This document shows, piece by piece, positions 1 to 7,778 of a stretch of DNA of 14,197 nucleotides (positions within the stretch are counted from its first letter, which is position 1; every line of letters begins with the position of its first letter). A program made the translations under genes and the position numbers. The stretch lies in contig JBDQPD010000090.1 in NCBI GenBank assembly GCA_040260805.1, forward strand, positions 1-14,197, read 5' to 3'. The notes below the pieces were generated by a model. It did not search any database. It was not told the origin of the DNA and was given only the letters and a program-made list of their open reading frames with translations. Origin of the DNA: Myxococcota bacterium. Lineage in GTDB: Bacteria; Myxococcota; UBA4151.

Positions 1-28
1 GTCGTAAGGTGCTAGTGGAGCCCTTGTC

Positions 29-1660
29 ATGTCTTTGAATATTGCTGTGCTGTACGGCACCGAAACCGGTAACGCTGAGTACTGCGCTGATATTTTAGCC
101 GATCGCCTTCGGGATGAAGGCCTCAGCGCTAAATCGATCGATATGGAGAACTTTGACCCCAAAGAGCTCGAAACTCAGCGCGTGGTTTTGATCGTCACGA
201 GCACCTACGGAAACGGCGACGCTCCGAGCAACGCAGAGGAGCTTCTTGAGTACGTTCAAAATGAAGATCTCCAGCTCAGCCAGCTGAACTTTGGGGTCTG
301 CGCACTCGGCGACAAATCGTTCACGCACTTTGCTCAATGCGGCAAAGACTTTGAGACCGCCCTGCTGCGCTGCAAAGCGAAGCCTATGTTTGATAGGGTC
401 GACTGTGACGCCCACTTCGAGCCTGAGTTTGAAGCCTTTACAGACACCGCAGTGGATTACTTGGTGACCCACAAGGATCAGCTCGAGAGTGGCGCCGCCG
501 CAGCGGCGCCAGAGGATCAAGCGCAGGCCACTCCCGCGCCGCCAGCCGAAGCTAAATCTTGGACTCGTGATCGACCCTTTAGGTCAGCCATCGTCGCCAA
601 ACGTTTGTTGTCAAAGCCCGGCTCGAACAAAGAGACCATGCATTACGAGTTCGACCTCTCAGGGTCGGACATTGAGTTCGAGGTGGGGGATTGCTTTGGA
701 GTGCATCCGACCAATCGTGCCGTGGACCGAGCCGCTGTGCTTGAGGCGCTCGGATGCAGCGGCTCTGAACCGGTGGTTTGGCAGCAAGAGGAGTCGACGG
801 TGGGCGCCGTCCTTGAGCTCACGTGCTTGCAGCAAGTCACCGTCGCGCTCGGGCAGCTGCTGGCGACGCAAGGGTCAGGTCCAGCAGCGACCGCCTACGC
901 TCAAGGCGAGGTGGCGATCACTGAGTACCTTGAGTCTGTTCATGTGGTCGACGCGCTGACCGAAAATAGCACTCAAGGCTTGGACCTCCAGGCTTTCGTT
1001 AAGACCTTACGCAAGCTGCAGCCGCGGCTGTTCTCGGTCGCTTCATCACCTCAGGCTACAAAGGACAAAGTCGCTTTTACGATCGAGACGCTGCGCTATC
1101 AGTGGCGTGAGCGAGAAGTGCACGGCGTCGCCACCTGCTGGCTCGCTGATCGCATGCAGATCGGTGATTCGGTGGGCATGTATTTGGTCAAGAATGAGAG
1201 CTTTCGATTTGCCCAAGACAGCCGCCCCGTGATCATGGTGGGTCCGGGAACTGGAGTCGCTCCGTTTCGAGGGTACCTTGAGGAGCTCGAGGTGACTCAG
1301 CGGGCGAACGAGACCTGGCTGTTCTTTGGTCATCAGCACCAGGCGTACGATTTCTTGTACGCAGATGAGCTGACTCGATGGAGTAACAGCAAGGTTTTGA
1401 ATCGCTCAAATTATGCCTGGTCTCGCGATCAGGACCACAAGGTGTATGTGCAAAATTGTATCGCTGAAAATGCCACGGATCTGTGGTCTTGGCTGCAACG
1501 CGACGCTGTTGTTTATGTGTGCGGAGATGCCACGGGGATGGCCCCAGCGGTCGCCGCTGCGTTTGGTCAAATCGCCGAGTCGGTAGGCGGCGTTAGCGAT
1601 GGCGCTTTATGGTTGGAACAAATGGTAGAGCAGGGGCGTTACAAAACCGATGTCTATTAG
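29..1660 (+). CDS. Diflavin (FMN/FAD) NADPH oxidoreductase, CysJ-like (sulfite reductase flavoprotein alpha / cytochrome P450 reductase family)
   Basis: N-terminal flavodoxin motifs YGTETGNAE, TSTYGNGDAPSNA, LGDKSF. Ala/Pro hinge. FAD motif PRLFSVASS. NADPH domain motifs GPGTGVAPFRG, LFFG, SRDQDHKVYVQ, YVCGDATGMA. C-terminus RYKTDVY as in CysJ. GGAG RBS at 17-20. Partner subunit not in window, so no symbol given. Confidence 0.92.
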   Translation: MSLNIAVLYGTETGNAEYCADILADRLRDEGLSAKSIDMENFDPKELETQRVVLIVTSTYGNGDAPSNAEELLEYVQNEDLQLSQLNFGVCALGDKSFTHFAQCGKDFETALLRCKAKPMFDRVDCDAHFEPEFEAFTDTAVDYLVTHKDQLESGAAAAAPEDQAQATPAPPAEAKSWTRDRPFRSAIVAKRLLSKPGSNKETMHYEFDLSGSDIEFEVGDCFGVHPTNRAVDRAAVLEALGCSGSEPVVWQQEESTVGAVLELTCLQQVTVALGQLLATQGSGPAATAYAQGEVAITEYLESVHVVDALTENSTQGLDLQAFVKTLRKLQPRLFSVASSPQATKDKVAFTIETLRYQWREREVHGVATCWLADRMQIGDSVGMYLVKNESFRFAQDSRPVIMVGPGTGVAPFRGYLEELEVTQRANETWLFFGHQHQAYDFLYADELTRWSNSKVLNRSNYAWSRDQDHKVYVQNCIAENATDLWSWLQRDAVVYVCGDATGMAPAVAAAFGQIAESVGGVSDGALWLEQMVEQGRYKTDVY

Positions 1661-1794
1661 GGCTTCTCGTCTTCGACGAGTCGTCCGGTCAATCAGTATG
1701 GGTTCGCTGGTGATCTGTTGATTTTTGTTCGATCTCAATTGTCGTTGGATCGAATTTGTAACAGTAGCCGTTCACATGGCGAAAGGATTGTCTC

Positions 1795-2355
1795 ATGATG
1801 TATCGAGTTCTCGTATTTTCGGCTCTAGGTGTGTTGGGCGCGTGCTCCAACTCCAACGCAACGCCCGAGTCGACTCCTGCTGCAGATAAAACTGCGGCTA
1901 AACCTGCTCCTGCCAAGGCTGCCGCTCCTGCTGCCGCCAAGGCAGCGCCTGCTCCGGCTGCCGTTGAGATTCCAGCGGATGCGGTCAAGGTCGTCGTCGA
2001 AGCGAACGACATGATGCAGTTTAATCTCAAAGAGATTAAAGTGCCCGCTGGAAGCACCGTGGCGTTGACGCTCAAGCATGTGGGTAAGATCGCCAAAGCG
2101 GCGATGGGTCACAACTTGGTGATTCTCAACGCCGGTGCGGACGTCAATGGCTTCGCCACCGCAGCGATGAGCGCCAAGGACGAAGACTACCTCCCTAAGG
2201 CGAAGGCGGCGTCGGTTCTTGCGGCGACCAAGCTCCTTGGTGGCGGCGAGTCGGACACCATCGTCTTTAAGGCGCCGGCAGCTGGGTCCTATGACTACTT
2301 GTGCTCGTTCCCCGGGCACTATGCGATCATGAAGGGCAAGCTCATCGTCGAATAA
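1795..2355 (+). CDS. azu: Azurin (type-1 blue copper protein), predicted lipoprotein with Ala/Pro/Lys tether
   Basis: Azurin motifs ANDMMQFN, LTLKHVGK, MGHN (His ligand), TKLLGGGESDT, CSFPGHYAIM (Cys, His, Met ligands). Signal peptide ends LGAC (Cys17). AAGGA RBS upstream. Confidence 0.93.
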   Translation: MMYRVLVFSALGVLGACSNSNATPESTPAADKTAAKPAPAKAAAPAAAKAAPAPAAVEIPADAVKVVVEANDMMQFNLKEIKVPAGSTVALTLKHVGKIAKAAMGHNLVILNAGADVNGFATAAMSAKDEDYLPKAKAASVLAATKLLGGGESDTIVFKAPAAGSYDYLCSFPGHYAIMKGKLIVE

Positions 2356-2364
2356 GACGGTGAT

Positions 2365-3291
2365 CTAGACGCGCAGATCAAATCCACCCAGCACCGCAAA
2401 CACGGTGAACTGGGGCAGCCAATGGCTGTAGGCATGCCGATCGCTGAGCCACGCTTCGTGCAAGGCATCGGCTGCCTGGATATGCGCTCTGGCTTGGTCG
2501 AGCCAGGCGCTGTCTTGCGTCGCTTGATAGGCGGCGAAAAGACCCCAAGCACGCGACGCGTGGACCCCCATATGGTGCACCGAATGAAAGATTTTCACCG
2601 GCTTTTGGGGCTGCATCTGGTGTCGCTCAATCCAGTCTTTTAGAGCCTCAAGCCCGAGCGTGCGTTTGATGGCGAGCGCCTGCATCGACCACTTCGAGAA
2701 GAAGGCGCCGGGCGAGAGCTCATCGTCGCCGAGCGGCGCCGGCGCGGTCACCACTTCGGCTTGGACTTTGGCGCACCAGCGCTCTCGGTCTTGGGTGTTT
2801 TGGGTGTGCTGAGCCCAAGCGCACAGCGCACCGAGCACAAAGTTGGGCTCATCGTATTCTCGGTCTGCGCCAGAAAGAGCCATCGGCTCTAACCAAGCCG
2901 CCAAGTCATCAGCGAGCGCTTGGAGCGCTTGGCGCCGAGCGCTAGCCTCAGGGTGTTGCTCGAAGGCGATCATCAGATGGAGCAGCCAGGCGCGCCCGTA
3001 GGGGCGCTCAAAGTCGCCTTGCTTGGGCAGCTCTTCGAGCAGCTCATCAAGCGCTGGGACCTCAAGCCTTTGCACCAGCCAGTCGACCTGCGCATCCCAA
3101 CCTAAAGCCCTGCTGCCCAGGAGCATGGCGAGGTGAGCATGAACAGCAGAGTGCCAGTCCCAGCAGCCATGAAAGAGCGCATCTTGGGTGTCGACCTGAC
3201 GCATCTCGACCGAGATGACTTGGAGGTGTTTGCGCAGGAGACGCGCAGTCTCATCTTTGGGGAGTGGGCGCTGTAACGATTCGAGCATCAC
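2365..3291 (-). CDS. DUF2891-like protein (divergent, His-rich)
   Basis: FHGCWDWHSAVHAH, FERPYGRAWLL, SRAWGL and HWLPQF match the DUF2891 signature blocks as I recall them (FYGCFDWHSAVH, FERPYGWAWLL, SRAW, HWLxSF). Start GTG 3291 or ATG 3288, 30 nt after the upstream stop. Confidence 0.75.
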   Translation of the reverse strand: MMLESLQRPLPKDETARLLRKHLQVISVEMRQVDTQDALFHGCWDWHSAVHAHLAMLLGSRALGWDAQVDWLVQRLEVPALDELLEELPKQGDFERPYGRAWLLHLMIAFEQHPEASARRQALQALADDLAAWLEPMALSGADREYDEPNFVLGALCAWAQHTQNTQDRERWCAKVQAEVVTAPAPLGDDELSPGAFFSKWSMQALAIKRTLGLEALKDWIERHQMQPQKPVKIFHSVHHMGVHASRAWGLFAAYQATQDSAWLDQARAHIQAADALHEAWLSDRHAYSHWLPQFTVFAVLGGFDLRV

Positions 3292-3321
3292 TGATTTGCT
3301 AGTCGTTGCAGGCGAGCGACA

Positions 3322-4017
3322 CTACTCCGCAGCGTTTCGACGCGCCACCTCGAGCAAAGAGGCGTAGGAGCGGTCGAAGGTCTGAATCACGTCAACGACT
3401 TCCATCGTGCGCGGGTCGATCACCGAGTTGAGCGGGGTGCCAAACCTGACGCCGCCGCCGCCCTCACGCGGGATCATGGTGTAGCCGTTATCAAAGGCGA
3501 CAAAGCTGGTGCTAAGACCGTAGGCGTCGCGCCAATGATTGACGCCCTCCATCGAGGCTGGCTTCGAACCGTTGGAGTCTTCGATTTTGAGTGTCAGGAC
3601 TTGAATGTTCAGCCCTTCTTCCGCCCAGCTCGCCATCATCTGGGTTAAGCCCGACGCCTGCGACGTGCAGCGGCTGCAGCCATATTGAGACGTCACCAGT
3701 AGGACCGCGTGCACACCGCGTGAGCCATCGCAGTCAAAGAACTCTTCGATGCTGATGTTGCGTTCTTGGTCTTCACCCGGGCCCAAACCCTGCCACGCCA
3801 AGTTCGACGGGACGTGCTGACCTGCAGCGACGCCAAGGTTTTCCGTCGGCCAATCGCACGAGACCGAGCCGGCGTCTGGAACAGCCGCCGGTCCAGCGTC
3901 TTGGGCGGCGCCGTTACCTGAGCCGCCATTGCCGCCTCCCGAAGAGGCTGGGGGACCGCAAGCCGCCGAGAGAAGAAAAGCAGATCCGACAGCACAACTT
4001 AGCAAACGATGACGCAT
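3322..4017 (-). CDS. Thioredoxin-fold (TlpA/redoxin-like) lipoprotein with CxxC
   Basis: Signal peptide ending LSAAC, Gly-rich/DAG linker, beta-strand AVLLVTS followed by GCSRC, cis-Pro-type loop GTP then NSVIDPRTMEV. AGGAG RBS 9 nt upstream of ATG. Confidence 0.75.
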   Translation of the reverse strand: MRHRLLSCAVGSAFLLSAACGPPASSGGGNGGSGNGAAQDAGPAAVPDAGSVSCDWPTENLGVAAGQHVPSNLAWQGLGPGEDQERNISIEEFFDCDGSRGVHAVLLVTSQYGCSRCTSQASGLTQMMASWAEEGLNIQVLTLKIEDSNGSKPASMEGVNHWRDAYGLSTSFVAFDNGYTMIPREGGGGVRFGTPLNSVIDPRTMEVVDVIQTFDRSYASLLEVARRNAAE

Positions 4018-4142
4018 GAGGTCATTCTCCTAAAGTCCCTCTAAAAAGGGCCCAACAAGCTTGGCACCTAAGCGCACTTTGTCAATGCCGAGCGTTTCTG
4101 GACGCCCTTATTCAACTTCGTGTGATGATCCCGCCGCTCGGT

Positions 4143-5111
4143 TCATCGCCGACGAGCGGTACCGAGGTGCCAGGTCCAGTCGAGCCACGGCATCAAAAAG
4201 GGCACCCCGCCGATTCCAATAAAGCCAAAGTCAAAGGCTGAGTTGTCACCGATTTTGCGCATGGCGAGGGCGTGCAGACTCAAGAAGGCACCGCCGTCCG
4301 GACCTTCGGCGGTCGGGAAGATCCAGTTTTCGGTCACCAAGCCATAAGATTTGGAGACGCGAAGCTGACCGGCTGCCACGAACAAAAGATCACCCAGCTC
4401 ATTGTTTGAACCTGTCGACAGCAAGAAGGGGCGCCCCACACTTAGCGTAAACTGTCGGTCGGGCTCTCCGTAGGTGACGGCGCCAAACCCGATGCCCATG
4501 ACGTCGAACCCAGAGCCCGAATTAAAGTTCGGCAGGGTGACCACCTCGCCGCCGGCTCCAAAATACAGATCGTCGCCCACTTCGCCGCCGACTTTGACAG
4601 CTCCGATCAAGCCACCCATCTCAAAACCAGCGAAGAGGGTCGGAAGAAATGAGCCGACCAAAACCGAGATGTTGTCGGTGACGCCCACGGCGCCGCTTGC
4701 GAACAAAAACTCTTTGATCGATGCGTAGCCTTCACCAGCTTTGAGCGGCATCGCTGAAGGGGCGTAGATGTGCCGTGTGCGGTTGGGGTTGTCCTCCCAG
4801 ACATTACCATCAGCGCCCACTCTGGCTTGCGTGAATCGACGCTGAGCGAGGATATCGGCCCGAAAGAGGGTGCGAGTCGTACCATCGAGCAGCTGCACTC
4901 GGACCTGGCTTGGGTCGGGCGCGGCCATCAGTCGGCCGACCAACTTAGAGCCGTTGGCGAGCGTGAGCTCGACGCGCTCAGGCACCGGCGAAGGTGGCGC
5001 TGCGGTTCCAGCTTGAGCCGTCTGACAAACGGACGCAACGCACTGCTGACCGTCTGCGCAATCGTTCGCCGTGGCGCAGGGAGAAGCGAAGAGAATCAGT
5101 GAGAGCAACAT
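4143..5111 (-). CDS. Hypothetical exported protein: Cys knot + small beta domain + predicted outer-membrane beta-barrel
   Basis: Hydrophobic N-terminus, CATANDCADGQQCVASVC module, Pro linker, LTLANGSKLVGRL beta domain, then amphipathic Gly/aromatic strands ending PWLDWTWHLG. GAGGA RBS upstream. Confidence 0.7.
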   Translation of the reverse strand: MLLSLILFASPCATANDCADGQQCVASVCQTAQAGTAAPPSPVPERVELTLANGSKLVGRLMAAPDPSQVRVQLLDGTTRTLFRADILAQRRFTQARVGADGNVWEDNPNRTRHIYAPSAMPLKAGEGYASIKEFLFASGAVGVTDNISVLVGSFLPTLFAGFEMGGLIGAVKVGGEVGDDLYFGAGGEVVTLPNFNSGSGFDVMGIGFGAVTYGEPDRQFTLSVGRPFLLSTGSNNELGDLLFVAAGQLRVSKSYGLVTENWIFPTAEGPDGGAFLSLHALAMRKIGDNSAFDFGFIGIGGVPFLMPWLDWTWHLGTARRR

Positions 5112-5214
5112 CTTAAATTATCCTCAGCGAGCGGGTGGTCTGAACAGCTCAAATCGTACCTCGATCCTAAAGCAGAAGTCGTATTTGATCGAGTGCCCAA
5201 GTTAGACAGCCTGA

Positions 5215-6777
5215 CTACCCGCCGGAGAGCAAGCCGACCGTCAAGAGCAAGACGCTCGCCCAGCTCATGCTCAAGCCGAGGTTGATGTAGCCACCCGTCT
5301 GGTTTGATACCCCCACGCCAGCGGTCATCTTGAACAAGGCGCCTAAGCTTCCGTCGTCCAAGAAATCAGGCGCAAAGAACAGGTTCCCGTTAACCTCAAA
5401 AGAGGTCTCTAAAGATTCGCCGGTGGTATCGATCCTGACCTCGCCAGGGACGGATTGAGGCTGCCCCATGATCGACAAAACCGACACGCTGAAGGGTAAC
5501 TCGGGATCTTTGGAGTCGAAACGGTGCTCGTAGCCGACGATGATGCTCGTGGCCTGTTGACCTGCGTCAGGGTCCAGCGTCAGCCGTGTGCCTATCCGCA
5601 GATTGGGGAGGAACTGACCAATGCCGGGAATCCCCTCTGGGCAAAACATGAGCTGCAGATGACCCACGCCGTCTTGCGACTGACTGTCGTCCATCGATGT
5701 GGTCAACATGATCTCATTGTATAAGAACGACGTGTTATCACGGATGCGCTCTGCGCGAGTCCGGCGGTCTTTGGGCTTGGCTTTCTTCTGCTTTTTTACC
5801 CGAGTCTGAGCGCGGAGCCGCGGGTCCTCACGTAGCTGCACGCGAAACTGAGTCGTTTGGCCTGCCTGCACTGAGGTCCGCTTCTGCGCCGTGCGAAAAC
5901 CAGGGCTCGAGACGCGCAGCGTGTAGCGACCGCTCGGCGCACGATCGATTCGCATGGGCAAGCCCTTGACGACGTTGAATCGATTAGGCCCTCGGATCTC
6001 GACTTTAGCGCCCTTCGGGCTACCCGAAATCACCAAGTTTCCTGGCGGTAGGAGCTTGATGTTGAGCGCGCTGGTTTGGTCTGGGCGCACCTTGAGGCTG
6101 CCTTGTTGTGACTCGTATCCGGGCGCTTGTGCTTGCCACCGATAGGTGCCGGGCGGCAGCTGCCGCATCCATGGGCGACCGCCGCGTAGGGTGAATTCTT
6201 CTGCGAGCTCGCGGCCGCGCAGCCGCACCTTGGTGCCGACCGGTTTGCCGTTGACGTTGAGCCAACCGCTCGCCTTTCGGATGGCGTTGCCTTGAACGCT
6301 CGGACCCAGCGGGCGCGCCTCGGCGCGGGGCTGAGCCGTACCGCCGAGCAGCTCGGCCATGCGCGGCTCAAGCAGATCGGCGATGGTCTCTAGACTGCGG
6401 GCTTGAATAGCGGCGGTGTTGACCGCTCTAACCTCTTCGATATTAAGCAGTTTTAGGAGCAGCATATAGCGGCTGCCCAAGCGGCTGAAGTTGCCGGTGA
6501 TCATATACTCGGCGCCGAGCGCTCCGCCGATCTGAGCGATGCAACTTGCCTCATCGCAGCCACCCGCAAGCTGGCGTTTGAGCTCCTCATCGATCGAGCC
6601 CATATCCTCCGGGGTGACTAAGGTGTAGCGGCTGGATTGCCCCACTTGTATGCGGATCATCTCCGCAAGCGTTCTCGCATCGGCTGCGTCGGTCTTGACG
6701 CGCTGCAAAGGCGCCACCACGAGGGTGGGCGCCGAGAGCAGGCTAAGGCTTGCGGCGATTAACGGTAGGGCGAGCAC
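5215..6777 (-). CDS. PEGA domain-containing exported protein (N-terminal CsgG/TolB-N-like alpha/beta domain, 2 PEGA-like domains, C-terminal beta-rich domain)
   Basis: Signal peptide. GCDEASCIAQIGGALGAEYMITG motif typical of myxobacterial PEGA proteins. Two repeats GxLxV/I..PxGxKV..PxGxY..APGY/SPGF. GTG start with AGGAG RBS. Confidence 0.78.
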   Translation of the reverse strand: MLALPLIAASLSLLSAPTLVVAPLQRVKTDAADARTLAEMIRIQVGQSSRYTLVTPEDMGSIDEELKRQLAGGCDEASCIAQIGGALGAEYMITGNFSRLGSRYMLLLKLLNIEEVRAVNTAAIQARSLETIADLLEPRMAELLGGTAQPRAEARPLGPSVQGNAIRKASGWLNVNGKPVGTKVRLRGRELAEEFTLRGGRPWMRQLPPGTYRWQAQAPGYESQQGSLKVRPDQTSALNIKLLPPGNLVISGSPKGAKVEIRGPNRFNVVKGLPMRIDRAPSGRYTLRVSSPGFRTAQKRTSVQAGQTTQFRVQLREDPRLRAQTRVKKQKKAKPKDRRTRAERIRDNTSFLYNEIMLTTSMDDSQSQDGVGHLQLMFCPEGIPGIGQFLPNLRIGTRLTLDPDAGQQATSIIVGYEHRFDSKDPELPFSVSVLSIMGQPQSVPGEVRIDTTGESLETSFEVNGNLFFAPDFLDDGSLGALFKMTAGVGVSNQTGGYINLGLSMSWASVLLLTVGLLSGG

Positions 6778-6839
6778 GGCAACTCCTCGTATCGGTTCGG
6801 CAATCTGGCCTCAGGGGCAGATTCTAACAAGTCTTGGAA

Positions 6840-7640
6840 TCAGGACTCGATCGCTGGGTAATAAATCCAGCCCTCTTGGTGGGGCGCTTCGTGGCGATCG
6901 GGTGGACCGACCAACCTTGGGATGCCCTGCGCGCCATCAGCCGCAAGGCAGACCGCAAAGAGGCTACAGATCAGCGCATCGAGCTCGTCCGATCCGGGCA
7001 CAAGGTCGGCGGGAGGCTGGGGAAAGTGGCTCGCAAATGCAGGGTCAAGCCCAGCATCTTTGGCGTTAAGACGGGCTTTGACCAAGGCGGGGTAGGCCTC
7101 GAACACGATCGTGTGCGCGCCGCTTGGCGAGTCGAAGGGAAGGACCGCCACCGAGTGTTTTTGGCGCCAAAACTGGGCGTGCTCTAGCGCCACCGTTGCG
7201 TTGTTTCCGAGCCGATCAAAGGTCGCCGAAAGGGGCTTCTTCTGACCCGCTGCGCCGCTGCTAAAATGCTCGAAGATGTGCCGGTCTGTGGCGCGATAGG
7301 CGTGAGGGTTGTCAATCTCTCGAGCGGGTCTTGTGACCATGAGCTCGTCGCTGTCTTTGGGGCTCGGCCAGGATCCGACCAACGCACGAAACCGTTCGGG
7401 GAACCCGAGCGGAGCGTCGACGGCGAGGACCGCTCGTTGGTGCTCTAGCTGTCCGGGGTCGACGCCGCCGAGTTCGAGCAGATCGGCTGGGGTCAGCAGC
7501 GCTGCGGCGGGTAGGCGAAAGGAGTTGGGCTTGCCGAGGTAGCGGATCGAATCCGGGGACCATTCGGTGATCGCAACCCCTTGTTTACGACCCATCCAGC
7601 CGCCGACGTCCCAGCCAATACATAAGACCGATTCCGACAC
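6840..7640 (-). CDS. DUF429 family predicted nuclease (RNase H-like fold)
   Basis: Motifs IGWDVGGW, LAVDAPLGFP, FEAYPA, DELDALIC, EGWIYYP. Start reassigned to GTG at 7640 (GGGAG RBS just upstream, 266 aa) instead of the ORF-track start at 7778. Confidence 0.82.
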   Translation of the reverse strand: MSESVLCIGWDVGGWMGRKQGVAITEWSPDSIRYLGKPNSFRLPAAALLTPADLLELGGVDPGQLEHQRAVLAVDAPLGFPERFRALVGSWPSPKDSDELMVTRPAREIDNPHAYRATDRHIFEHFSSGAAGQKKPLSATFDRLGNNATVALEHAQFWRQKHSVAVLPFDSPSGAHTIVFEAYPALVKARLNAKDAGLDPAFASHFPQPPADLVPGSDELDALICSLFAVCLAADGAQGIPRLVGPPDRHEAPHQEGWIYYPAIES

Positions 7641-7778
7641 CGCGTGCTCCCGCCGCACAGCGTGTAGCCGAAGTTTGGCATTCGCCCTATCCATGCACAG
7701 CAAAAACCTGAGCGCCCATGGCGTCGCGCGCTCCGATGGGCTAGATCGCTGGCGTCGACGATTTGGGCGGGAAACCAA

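Noticed and set aside
1666..1680. CTCGTC-TTC-GACGAG hairpin after the reductase stop (and a bulged hairpin at 6802-6823) as intrinsic terminators
   Set aside because: Short stems and no following U-tract.
29..2355. Direct electron transfer pair of diflavin reductase and azurin
   Set aside because: The reductase has no export signal while azurin is an exported lipoprotein. A 134-nt AT-rich gap suggests azurin has its own promoter.
7641..7778. 46-codon N-terminal extension of the DUF429 ORF in the ORF track
   Set aside because: It would leave no space between divergent genes. The family motif starts just after GTG 7640, which has a good RBS.
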